64,000 bases of DNA, taken from the NCBI GenBank assembly GCA_963771175.1, contig CAVYSY010000040.1, positions 418,756 to 482,755 on the forward strand. Reading direction: 5' to 3'. The first letter of the stretch is position 1. Every line of letters begins with the position of its first letter. This document shows positions 11,683 through 21,735 of this stretch, in pieces. A program made the translations under genes and the position numbers. The stretch is from an uncultured delta proteobacterium (GTDB taxonomy: Bacteria; Myxococcota; Myxococcia; Myxococcales; Myxococcaceae). A model generated the notes under the pieces. The model made no database searches. It saw only the letters and a list, made by a program, of their open reading frames with translations, and was not told where the DNA came from.

Positions 11683-13010
11683 ATGCCCAAGAATCTGCTG
11701 GTCGCCGACGACTCGCTCACCATCCGCAAGGTGATCGGGATGATCTTCGCGACCGAGGACTTCCAGGTCACCGCGGTCGACAACGGGCTGGACGCCATCA
11801 CCCGGTCGCGCGAGCTGCGTCCGGATGTGGTGCTCGCGGACGTGATGATGCCGGGCAAGAACGGCTACGAGGTCTGCGAGGCGCTCAAGAGCGATCCCTC
11901 CACGCAGGGCATCCCCGTGCTGCTGCTGGCCGGCACCTTCGAGGCCTTCGACGAGGCCCGCGCCCGCGCCGCCAGGGCCGACGACCACATCACCAAGCCC
12001 TTCGAGAGCCAGGTGCTGCTCGACAAGGTGAAGGCGCTGGTGGGGCAGAAGTCCAACACCATGCCCGCCTCCGCCGCCACGCAGGTGACGCCGACGTGCC
12101 GCGGCCGCCCCTGCGCCCGCCGCAGCCGCGTCCTCCCGTGGCGTCCCGCCGCCCGGACCGCGTCCGCCGGGGCCCGGTATGCCGCCGGGGCCGGGCGCTC
12201 CGGGCATGGCGCGTCCGGGCGATGCCGCCGGGGCCGGGGATGCTCCGGGCATGGCGCGTCCCGGGCATGCCGGGGCCGGGAATGCCGCCGGGGCCGGGTG
12301 CTCCGGGCATGGCGCGTCCGGGCATGCCTCCGGGGCCGGGGATGCCTCCGGCGGGGTCCGCGTCCGGGCATGCCGGGGCCGGGTGTTCCGCCGCCGGGCA
12401 TGGCTCCGTCCGGGCATGGCCCGCGCCGGGGGGCCTGCCTCCTCCGGGGCCGGGTGCTCCGCCGCCGGGCATGGCTCGTCCGGGAATGCCTGGACCGGGC
12501 GCTCCGCCGTCCGGGCATGGCCCGTCCGGGCATGCCGCGGGCCGGGCGTGCCGCCGCCGGGCATGGCCCGTCCGGGAATGCCCGGGCCGGGCGTGCCTCC
12601 GGGCGCCAGGCGGTCTGCCCGCGTCCGCCGGGTGCCGCGCCGCTGCCCGGGCCCCGCGCTGCGCCCGCGCGCTCGCGGCAAGGATCCGTTCGGCCTCGGC
12701 TCCGCCCGCGGCGCCGCCAGCCCGCCGTCGAGGCGCCGGCGCCGGCTCCGAGGCGAGCGGCCTGGAGGATCTCTCGCTCGACGAGCCCGAGGCGCCGATG
12801 CCGGCTCCGACGCCCACCCCGGCGCCCGCCGTTCACGCCCGTCCCGCTCCCGCCGCGGATGGCGGCGAGGCGCTGCTGCGCGAGGCGCTCTCGAAGGCCT
12901 CCCGCGAGGTCATCGAGAAGATCGCCTGGGAGGTCGTACCCCAGCTGGCCGAGACGATCATCCGCGAGGAGCTGGAGCGGCTGATCAAGGACCGAGAGAC
13001 GCAGCACTGA
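11683..13010 (+). CDS. romR: Polarity response regulator RomR (frameshifts in the Pro-rich linker)
   Basis: MPKNLLVADDSLTIRKVIGMIFATEDF receiver; C-terminus EALLREALSKASREVIEKIAWEVVPQLAETIIREELERLIKDRETQH. Confidence 0.95.
12165..12610 (+). repeat. Coding tandem repeats (PGMARPGMPxPG-type) in the RomR linker
   Basis: Many copies of ccgggcatggcgcgtccgggcatgcc / ccggggccggg. Confidence 0.8.
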
Positions 13011-13107
13011 GCTCGAGTCGTCGTAGCCTGGCTTCTGGACACCGACCGGCCCCCGTCGGGCCGGTTCTCGCACCACCGGCCCGCGCGGGCCGGTTCGTCA
13101 TGTTTCA

Positions 13108-16100
13108 ATGACCGACACGACCGAACTGTCCCAAGGCCTACGACCCGAACGAGGTCGAGGCTCGCTGGTACGCCTACTGGATGGAGCGGAACTACTTCCG
13201 CGCCGAGGCCACCTCCGACAAGCCCGCCTTCTCCATCGTGCTGCCGCCGCCCAACGTGACGGGCAGCCTGCACCTGGGCCACGCGCTCACCGCCACCATC
13301 CAGGACATCCTCATCCGCTGGAAGCGCATGAGCGGCTTCAACGCCCTCTGGCTGCCGGGCACGGACCACGCCGGCATCGCCACGCAGATGGTGGTGGAGC
13401 GCGAGCTCAAGGAGACGGAGAAGAAGAGCCGCCACGACCTGGGCCGCGAGAAGTTCCTCGAGCGCGTCTGGGAGTGGAAGGACAAGTACGGCAAGCGCAT
13501 CAGCGAGCAGCACAAGGTGCTGGGCGCCTCGCTGGACTGGAGCCGCGAGCGCTTCACCATGGACCCGAGCGTCCTCGGCCGCGGTGCGCGAGGTCTTCGT
13601 GCGCCTGTACGAGGAGGGCCTCATCTACCGGGCCCAGAAGCTCATCAACTGGTGCCCCTCCTGCCACACCGCGCTCAGCGACCTGGAGGTGGAGCACGAG
13701 GAGAAGACAGGGCTCGCTCTGGCACATCCAGCTACCCGGTGAAGGGCAGCGACCGGAAGCTCACCGTGGCCACCACCCGCCCGGAGACGATGCTCGGCGA
13801 CACCGCGGTGGCCGTCCACCCGGAGGACGAGCGCTACACGGGCCTGGTCGGCCAGTCGCGTGGTGCTGCCGCTCACCGGCCGCGAGATCCCCATCATCGC
13901 CGACGCCGAGCTGGTGGACCTGGAGTTCGGCACCGGCGTGGTGAAGGTGACCCCGGCCCACGACTTCAACGACTACCAGACGGGCCTGCGGCACAAGCTG
14001 CCGATGATCACCATCCTCGACGACGCCGCGCGCATCAACAAGGAGGGCGGGGCGTACGCGGGCCTGGAGCGCTTCGAGGCGCGCAAGCAGGTGCTCGAGG
14101 ATCTCACGGCGCAGGGCCTGCTGGAGAAGGAGGAGCCGCACAAGCTCTCCGTCGGCACGCTGCCAGCGCTGCGGCACCGTGGTGGAGCCGCGCCTGTCCC
14201 CGCAGTGGTTCGTGAAGATCGAGCCGCTGGCCAAGCCCGCCATCGAGGCGGTGGAGCAGGGCCGCACGAAGTTCGTCCCGAGAGCGTGGACGAACACGTA
14301 CTTCCACTGGATGCGCAACATCCACGACTGGACCATCAGCCGCCAGCTCTGGTGGGGCCACCAGATTCCCGCCTGGTACTGCCCGCCTGCAGCCCGCGGC
14401 AGGGGACGACACGGACCTGCCGCTGGAGCGCCCACATGCGCATCGGCGGATCGACTACTCGCGCGCCGAGCCCATCGTCGCGCGCGCGGCGCCCGAGAAG
14501 CTGCCCCAAGTGCGGGGCTCGCGCCTTCGAGCAGGACCCGGACGTGCTCGACACCTGGTTCTCCTCGGGCCTGTGGCCCTTCAGCACCCTGGGCTGGCCG
14601 CGAGCAGACGCCCGAGCTGAAGACCTTCTACCCGAACTCCGTCATGGAGACGGGCCACGACATCATCTTCTTCTGGGTCGCCCGGATGATGATGATGGGC
14701 CTGCACTTCATGGGGGACGTGCCCTTCCGCACCGTGTACCTGCACGCGATGGTGCGCGACGAGAAGGGCGAGAAGATGTCCAAGACGAAGGGGAACGTGA
14801 TCGATCCCCTGGACGTCATCCGCGGCGCTCCGCGCCGAGCAGCTCGCCCCCAGCCTGCGCAACAAGTTCCCCCAGGGCATGCCGCCCCACGGCGCGGACG
14901 CGCTGCGCTTCACGCTGGCCTCGCTCACCCAGCAGGGCCGCGACATCAAGCTCTCGCTGGACCGCGTCGCCGGCTACAAGGCCTTCGCCAACAAGCTGTG
15001 GAACGCCAGCCGCTTCGCCCTGATGAACATGGGCGACTTCCGCTCGGACGGCCGGCCCATCCGAAGGAGCGCGAGCTCACGCTCGCGGACCGGTGGATCC
15101 TCTCGCGCCTGCAGCGCGCCATCGCGTAGACCCGGCACGTCGCTGGAGGCCTACGCCGTTCGGCGAGGCCGCCACCACGCTCTACCAGTTCCTCTGGGCC
15201 GAGTTCTGCGACTGGTACATCGAGCTGGCCAAGGGCTCGCTCTACGGCGAGGACGCGCAAGGCCAAGGACACCACCCGCGCGGTGCTCGTGTACTGCCTG
15301 GATCGCATCCTGCGGCTGCTGCACCCGTTCATGCCGTTCATCACCGAGGAGATCTGGCAGAAGCTGCCCATGTCCCGGCCGACCGAGTCCATCATGATCG
15401 CCCCGTTCCCCGAGCCGGACGCGCGCGCTCGAGGACGCCGCGGCCGAGGCGGAGATGGCGCCGGTCGTCGCGGCCATCGAGGGTCTGCGCAACATCCGCG
15501 GCGAGAGCAACCTGTCGCCCGCGGCCGACGCATCACCGCGTACGTGCAGAGCCCGGACGCGCGCACCCGCGAGCTGCTCGAGCGCTGGCGCCGCTACCTC
15601 ATGCCGCTGGCCGGCCTCTCGCGAGCTGCACATCGGTCCGCCGGGGGCGCAAGCCGCGCCCAGGCCGCCGCCTTCGTGGGCCCGCAGCATGGAGGTCTTC
15701 GTGCCGCTGGCGGGTCTCATCGACTTGGACGCCGAGCGCGAGCGCCTGCGCAAGGAGATCGCCCGCATCGGAGCAGGAGCTGGCGTGGCATCCAGCGCAA
15801 GCTGGACAACCCCAACTTCGTCGCCAAGGCGCCGCCGGACGTGGTGGAGAAGGACCGCGCCCGCGTCGAGGAGCTGGAGGCGCGCGTCGCCAAGCTGCAG
15901 GACAACCTGACCCGGCTCGCTCCGGAGTCCGCCACGCCCGGCGGCCAAGAAGGAAGAGCCGGCGAGCGCTGACGAAGAGCCTGCGCCTGCCCGTACCCCC
16001 GAGGCCAAGGCCGGCAAGGTGGAGGTCGTCCAGGTGGAATCGGACACGACCGAGGGCGTGGTCGTCCGGGCCGAGTCGAGTGTCGTCGAGGTGGCGGTTG

Positions 16101-16546
16101 TCGACATCGACGAGGACGAGGACGTCCACGAGGTCGGCGTTGCCGAGGTCATTGAAACGGAGACGACGCCGGAGCCCCCCACGGCGGGCATCGCCCCGGG
16201 CGCGGTGAAGGCCAAGGCCGCTCCCAAGGCCAAGGCCACTCCCGCCAAGAAGGCCGCTCCGGCGAAGAAGGCCGGCTCCCGTGAAGAAGGCGGCGGCCAA
16301 GAAGGCCCCGGCGAAGAAGGCCGCTCCGGCGAAGAAGGCGGCGGCCAAGAAGGCTCCGGCGAAGAAGGCTCCGGCGAAGAAGGCCGCCGCGAAGAAGGCG
16401 GCGGCGAAGAAGGCCCCGGCGAAGAAGGCGCGGCCAAGAAGTCCGCGAAGAAGGCGGCGGCCAAGAAGGCCGCGCCGAGAAGGCCGGCGAAGAAGTCCGC
16501 GCCGAAGGCCAAGGTGCCTGCTCGGGCTCGGCCAAGACGAAGGTGA
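13108..16546 (+). CDS. valS: Valine--tRNA ligase, apparently with an acidic plus Lys/Ala-rich C-terminal extension (multiple frameshifts)
   Basis: [53 protein letters not shown]; coding-like sequence continues to ...ARARPRRR* at 16546. Confidence 0.9.
16205..16515 (+). repeat. Histone H1-like PAKKAA coding repeats
   Basis: Repeated aagaaggc(g/c)gc / ccggcgaagaag units. Confidence 0.85.
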
Positions 16547-16640
16547 AGCCAGCGGCTCGCAAGGGCTCCGCCCGGAAGAAGTCGGCGGCCTCCCGTGTAG
16601 CCAAGGCCCGCCGCTGACCTCACTCGGAGACGCGACTCGA

Positions 16641-17483
16641 ATGGACGCCTTCCTGGATCGCCTCATCTCGCTCGCCCTCGAGGAAGACCTCGGGGCGGCG
16701 GGGGATATCACCACCGATGCCCTCGTCCCCGTGGACGCCCAGGGCACCGCCGAGCTGATCGCCAAGGAGCGACTCGTCCTCGCCGGGCTGGACACCTTCG
16801 CTCGCGTCTTCCAGCGCGTGGACCCGGACGTCCACGTGGAGCTGCTCGCGCGCGATGGGCAGGAGGTCCAGTCCAAGGCGATGGTGGCTCGGGTGCGCGG
16901 GCGCATGCGCGCGCTCCTCACCGCCGAGCGCACCGCCCTCAACATCGTCCAGCGCACCTCGGGCATGGCCACCATGGCTCAACAGGTCATGGCCGCGGTG
17001 CGCGGGACGAAGCTGCGCATCCTCGACACGCGCAAGACAGCCCCCGGCATGCGCTCGCTGTCCAAGCAGGCCGTGAAGGCCGGTGGCGCCTTCAACCACC
17101 GCTTCGGCCTCTTCGATGGCGTCCTCATCAAGGACAACCACATCGCGGCCGTGGGCGGCTCCGTCCGCGAGGCGCTCCGCCGCGCCCGCGCCAACGCCCC
17201 TCAGCTCGTGAAGATCGAGATCGAGGTCACCAACCTCGAGCAGCTCGCCGAGGCGCTCGAGGAGGGCGCGGACGTGGTGATGCTCGACAACATGGACGAC
17301 GAGCAGATCCGCCGCGCGGTGGAGCTGACCGCCGGCCGCCTCCCGCTCGAGGTCTCCGGCGGCATCACCCTGGAGCGCCTGCCGCGCCTGGCGAAGCTCG
17401 GCGTGGACTTCGTGTCCATGGGCGCGCTCACCCACTCGGCGCGCGCCATGGACCTGTCCCTGGAGATCGTCCAGGGGCAGTAG
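16641..17483 (+). CDS. nadC: Nicotinate-nucleotide diphosphorylase (carboxylating)
   Basis: ALEEDLG..GDITT, ERTALN, LDTRKT, HRFGLFDGVLIKDNH, MLDN, SGGI. Confidence 0.97.
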   Translation: MDAFLDRLISLALEEDLGAAGDITTDALVPVDAQGTAELIAKERLVLAGLDTFARVFQRVDPDVHVELLARDGQEVQSKAMVARVRGRMRALLTAERTALNIVQRTSGMATMAQQVMAAVRGTKLRILDTRKTAPGMRSLSKQAVKAGGAFNHRFGLFDGVLIKDNHIAAVGGSVREALRRARANAPQLVKIEIEVTNLEQLAEALEEGADVVMLDNMDDEQIRRAVELTAGRLPLEVSGGITLERLPRLAKLGVDFVSMGALTHSARAMDLSLEIVQGQ

Positions 17484-17492
17484 TCCGGCCGC

Positions 17493-19109
17493 TCAGCGGC
17501 CGACGGTGATCGCCTCGTAGCGGGGGACCCCCTCGGCCGAGGCGGGTACCCCCATCTCCAGCAGGGCCGACACGGTGGGCGCCACGTCCGTGGGGCTGAT
17601 CTCCTGCGGGTACGTGCCCGGCTTCACCCCCTTGCCCGCGAGGACGACGGGCACCTGCTGGTCGTACGCGTACGGGGTGCCGTGGTTGGTGCCGGTGGGC
17701 TCGGTGCTGATGACGTGGAAGGGCTTCACCACGAAGAGCACGTCGCCGCTGCGCCCCGGGTAGTAGCCGCGCCGCAGGGGCTCCACCAGTCCCGCCACGT
17801 CCGGCGCCGTGTAGAGGTCATCCCGCGCCACCGCGAGGGAGATGGCCGGCTGCTTCCCCAGCCAGGCCGCCGTGGCTCGCCGCACCGCCGCGCCGTCCAC
17901 CTTTCCGCCCTCCAGCGTCTTGCCTCCCAGGTACACGTCCAGTTCCTCGATGGTGGCGGTGATGTCCCCGCCGAACTGTGCCCGCAGCGCCTCGGTCAGC
18001 CCCTTGGAGAGGGCGGTCGGGTTCACGCGCTCGGCGGCCACTCCCGAGGCGGCCCACTGCTCGGGCACCGTTGCCCCACCGTGGTCGGCCGAGAGCACCA
18101 CGAGGAGGTTCGCCCGGCCCCCCGCGGCCTTCTCCGCCAGGGCCACCAGGTCTCCCACCGCCTTGTCCAGCCGGTAGAGCGTGTCCTGCATCTCCCACGA
18201 GGTGGGCCCGTACTGGTGGAAGACGCGATCCGTGGCGCTGAAGCTCACCGCGAGCAGGTCCGGCACGTCGTCCTTGCCCAATTCCTCGCCCGCGATGGCG
18301 GCCCGGGCGGCCCGCACCACATGGTCCATCGCCAGCGGGGAGATGGCGAAGGCGCTGTACGCCAGAGGGCCGGGCGCGCTCAGGCCTCCGGTGAGCGGAT
18401 GGGGGAAGGTGCGTCCCAGCCCGTAGTGTTCGCCTTCGTAGGGCCGATCGTCCTCACCCACGTATGCGGTGCTCGGCTGCACCAGCGCCCAGGGCTTGCC
18501 GAACCAGGCTTCGGGCGGGTTGCTCGCGTTGAAGTCCTTCAGCCAGCCGGGGAGCTCCTTCGTGTACCAGGTGCCCGTGACGAACTTCCCCACCGTCTCG
18601 TCGTACCAGTAGGCCTGCCCGAGCCTCCCGGCCAGGGGGATGGCCGAGCGCGCCTTGCCCGAGAACGCGATCGCCTTGCCGCGCTCCTGCGTGGACAGCC
18701 GCAGCCGGTCCGCCAGTGTCTCGGCCATGAGGTTGGCCGGGCTCACGTCCTCGTTGGACAGGGGCGCCTCCAGCACCGGGTGCGCCGGGTCCGGGAAGAC
18801 GCGCTCGGGCTTGCCGGTGGCCCGGTCGATGATCCGGTTGTCCACGATGCCGTGGCGCCAGGGGTTGGCACCGGTGGACAGCGTGGCGTGGCCCGCCGCG
18901 GTGCGCGGCTTGGCGTACGCGTACTCCGCGTATGGGAAGAAGGCGCCCGAGTCGATGAGCTGGCGCAGTCCGCCCTTGAGGCGCGGTTTGCTGCGCAGCA
19001 GCAGGTCCGTGCCCATCGCGTCCACGGTGATGAAGAGCGTCAACCGGGGCGGCTTCGCCAGGGCGGGGAGGGCGAGGAGGAGCAGCAGGAAGGGGAGGGG
19101 GCGGAACAT
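17493..19109 (-). CDS. Alkaline phosphatase family (PafA-like) protein
   Basis: Signal peptide; ITVD, TAAGHATLSTG..P..HGIVDN, SATDRVFHQYGP, SADHG, HGTPYAYD. Confidence 0.9.
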   Translation of the reverse strand: MFRPLPFLLLLLALPALAKPPRLTLFITVDAMGTDLLLRSKPRLKGGLRQLIDSGAFFPYAEYAYAKPRTAAGHATLSTGANPWRHGIVDNRIIDRATGKPERVFPDPAHPVLEAPLSNEDVSPANLMAETLADRLRLSTQERGKAIAFSGKARSAIPLAGRLGQAYWYDETVGKFVTGTWYTKELPGWLKDFNASNPPEAWFGKPWALVQPSTAYVGEDDRPYEGEHYGLGRTFPHPLTGGLSAPGPLAYSAFAISPLAMDHVVRAARAAIAGEELGKDDVPDLLAVSFSATDRVFHQYGPTSWEMQDTLYRLDKAVGDLVALAEKAAGGRANLLVVLSADHGGATVPEQWAASGVAAERVNPTALSKGLTEALRAQFGGDITATIEELDVYLGGKTLEGGKVDGAAVRRATAAWLGKQPAISLAVARDDLYTAPDVAGLVEPLRRGYYPGRSGDVLFVVKPFHVISTEPTGTNHGTPYAYDQQVPVVLAGKGVKPGTYPQEISPTDVAPTVSALLEMGVPASAEGVPRYEAITVGR

Positions 19110-19207
19110 GGGGAATCCGATCCTCCACGCTCCGTGCTCAGAAGCAACCAACACCCGAGCACCATGCTTTCCGGTCGGACACTCCCCTGTTACGGTCGCC
19201 GCGACCC

Positions 19208-19609
19208 ATGGTCGAGGCACGACTTCGAGTGATCTACGGCGACACGGACCAGATGGGTGTCGTGTATTACGCCAATTATTTCCGCTACTTCGAGTTCGCT
19301 CGCAGCGAGTACTTCCGCTCTCGCGGAGGCAGCTACCGCGAGGTGGAGCGCGAGGGGCTGATGCTGCCCGTGGTGGAGGCTACTGCCTCCTACAAGTCGC
19401 CCGCTCGCTATGAGGACGTCCTGCTCATCCGCACCCGCGTGAGCGAGGTAAAGCGGGTGTCGCTGACCTTCAGCTACGAAATCTTTCGGGAGGGGGGCGC
19501 GGACACCCCCCTGTGTACCGGGCGCACCGTCCACGCCTGCGTGAGCCGAGAGGGCAAGCCCACCCGGCTGCCGGACGCGGTCGTCCGCCTGTTGCACGAA
19601 GGGCCCTGA
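19208..19609 (+). CDS. YbgC/FadM-family acyl-CoA thioesterase
   Basis: RVIYGDTDQMGVVYYANYFRYFEFAR. Confidence 0.92.
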   Translation: MVEARLRVIYGDTDQMGVVYYANYFRYFEFARSEYFRSRGGSYREVEREGLMLPVVEATASYKSPARYEDVLLIRTRVSEVKRVSLTFSYEIFREGGADTPLCTGRTVHACVSREGKPTRLPDAVVRLLHEGP

Positions 19610-19649
19610 GTTCCCACTCTCTTCAGTTCGTTTCAAGGAGACACCCACA

Positions 19650-20615
19650 ATGGATCGCAACCTGGCAATGGAGGTCGTGCGCGTCACCGAGATGGCGGCC
19701 ATCGCCTCCGCCCGTCTGATGGGCCGCGGTAACAAGAATGAGTCGGATCAGGTCGCCGTGGATGCCATGCGCCGGGCGTTCGACTCGCTGAACATCCAGG
19801 GCACGGTGGTCATCGGCGAGGGGGAGCGCGACGAGGCCCCCATGCTCTACATCGGCGAGAAGGTGGGCCGGCGCAATCCGGAGGACCCGGAGGTGGACAT
19901 CGCGCTGGATCCGCTCGAGGGCACCAACCTGTGCGCCTACGGCCGTCCGGGCGGCATCTCCGTGGTGGCCATGGCTGGCAAGGGCATGCTGCTCAACGCG
20001 CCGGACACCTACATGGAGAAGATCGCCGTGGGCCCGCGGGCCAAGGGCGCCATCGATCTGCGCCGCTCCCCCACCGAGAACCTCCACTCCATCGCGGAGA
20101 GGATGAAGGTCTACGTGGCGGACCTCACGGTGATGATCCTCGACCGTGAGCGGCACGCGGACCTCATCAAGGAGGTGCGGGCCGCGGGCGCGCGCATCCG
20201 CCTCATCGATGACGGGGACGTGGCCGGCGCCATCTCCACCTGCTTCGAGGACGCGGGCGTGGACGTGCTGATGGGCATCGGCGGGGCCCCCGAGGGCGTC
20301 ATCGCCGCCGCGGCCATCCGCTCGGTGGGCGGCGACATGCAGGGCCGCCTGGTGCCTCGCAACAACGATGAGATCGCTCGTGCCAGGCGCATGGGCATCA
20401 CCGACATCTCGAAGATCTACACCGCCGAGGAGCTGGCTGGCGGCGAGGTGATGTTCGCCGCCTCCGGCGTCACCACCGGCGACTTCCTGCGCGGCGTGCG
20501 CTTCTTCGGCGGCGGGTGCGAGACGCACTCGGTGGTGATGCGCAGCAAGACCGGCACGGTGCGTTTCATCCAGTCCCGGCACAAGTTCGACACGAAGCCG
20601 GGCTATAACTTCTAG
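19650..20615 (+). CDS. glpX: Class II fructose-1,6-bisphosphatase
   Basis: VIGEGERDEAPMLYIGE, DPLEGT, DGDV, GIGGAPEGV. Confidence 0.97.
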   Translation: MDRNLAMEVVRVTEMAAIASARLMGRGNKNESDQVAVDAMRRAFDSLNIQGTVVIGEGERDEAPMLYIGEKVGRRNPEDPEVDIALDPLEGTNLCAYGRPGGISVVAMAGKGMLLNAPDTYMEKIAVGPRAKGAIDLRRSPTENLHSIAERMKVYVADLTVMILDRERHADLIKEVRAAGARIRLIDDGDVAGAISTCFEDAGVDVLMGIGGAPEGVIAAAAIRSVGGDMQGRLVPRNNDEIARARRMGITDISKIYTAEELAGGEVMFAASGVTTGDFLRGVRFFGGGCETHSVVMRSKTGTVRFIQSRHKFDTKPGYNF

Positions 20616-20642
20616 AGCACCCCCACCCAGGAGACTCGCACC

Positions 20643-21071
20643 ATGCCCGGCGCCTCTCGGAGCATCGTCATCAACGCCCCCCAGGAGAAGGTCTTCGACA
20701 TCATCATCAACTACGACCGCTACCCCGAGTGGCTCACCGAGGTGAAGAAGATCCGCACCTCGGATCGCAAGGGGAACGAAGTGAAGATCCACTACGAGGT
20801 GGACTTCAAGATCAAGACCATCCGCTACACCATCCTCGCCCGCGAGGAGCGCCCCCAGCGGATGTCCTGGTCCTTCGTGGAGGGCGAGGTGATGAAGGAC
20901 AACAAGGGGAGCTGGATGTTGGAGCCGGAAGGAGAGGGGCGCACCAAGGTCACCTACAGCGTGGAGGTGACCGTGGGTCCCCTGGTGCCCAAGTCCATCC
21001 TCAACGCCCTGGTGGATCAGTCGCTGCCGAAGATGCTGGAGGCCGTCAAACGCCAGGCCGAGGGCGCCTGA
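20643..21071 (+). CDS. SRPBCC/polyketide cyclase (START-like) protein
   Basis: SIVINAPQEKVFDII..YDRYPEW; GSWMLEP..EGRTKVTY. Confidence 0.88.
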   Translation: MPGASRSIVINAPQEKVFDIIINYDRYPEWLTEVKKIRTSDRKGNEVKIHYEVDFKIKTIRYTILAREERPQRMSWSFVEGEVMKDNKGSWMLEPEGEGRTKVTYSVEVTVGPLVPKSILNALVDQSLPKMLEAVKRQAEGA

Positions 21072-21092
21072 TTTCTCGACGCCTCGCGGCAA

Positions 21093-21115
21093 GCCCCCCG
21101 GAGCGACCGGGGGGC
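21093..21115 (+). terminator. GC hairpin after the glpX operon
   Basis: GCCCCCCGG-agcga-CCGGGGGGC; no clear U tract. Confidence 0.4.
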
Positions 21116-21456
21116 AGGCGGGAGAGCGGCCCGGGTCCCCGTTAAACCCGTCACTCTGGATGTACCGGGTGCTCTAATCGGTTGGACTGCTTGCGGGGCA
21201 CGCTGGCTGGATTAGAATCCAGTCAACATTCTCGGCGTCTGGGGGTTACAACCACTTCGGCTGACGGACACTTCGTTGGGTCTGGCTGTCGGAGGGTGGA
21301 CGAGCAAGCGTTCGAGGTTGCTGGCGCGTACCCGGAAAGGAACCAGGGCCCTTACTTTGCATCTGAAGGACATTGAAGCCGGAGTGGTGGCGGGAACACG
21401 GGAGCGGGTGGCGGGCGTACATCGGGGTACGTAGGCTGAGTGGAGAAATCAAACCC

Positions 21457-21636
21457 ATGCTCGACGCCTTCATCATCGAGGAAATCAAGCGCCGGGAACG
21501 GCACCGGGAAGAGCGGGAGCGGCCCGCGCTCGAGATTCCACTGCCGGTACCCGAGGATCGCCCCCGGCGTCGCTCGGACGCCGATGACGACGAGAAGCCC
21601 CAGCGCGGCGTCGTCATCATCGACATGCTCGGCTGA
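21457..21636 (+). CDS. Small hypothetical protein (59 aa)
   Basis: GGAGA RBS; MLDAFIIEEIKRRE...RPALEIPLP...RGVVIIDMLG; typical codon usage. Confidence 0.75.
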   Translation: MLDAFIIEEIKRRERHREERERPALEIPLPVPEDRPRRRSDADDDEKPQRGVVIIDMLG

Positions 21637-21659
21637 GCGAACGCTCCGCTCGCTGTTTC

Positions 21660-21707
21660 AGGCCCGCGGTGGACGTCCCTCGGACACGGGACGAACCACG
21701 CGGGCCT
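21660..21707. terminator. Stem-loop between convergent genes
   Basis: AGGCCCGCG-GTGG-ACGTCCC ... GGGACG-AA-CCAC-GCGGGCCT. Confidence 0.55.
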
Positions 21708-21735
21708 TGTCTTGTCCGCGCTCCGGGGCGGCGCC

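Noticed and set aside
16281..16640. Histone-like N-terminal extension on NadC (400-aa ORF in the track)
   Set aside because: NadC has its own GGAG RBS and ATG at 16641; the repeats belong to the upstream valS tail and join only through an indel
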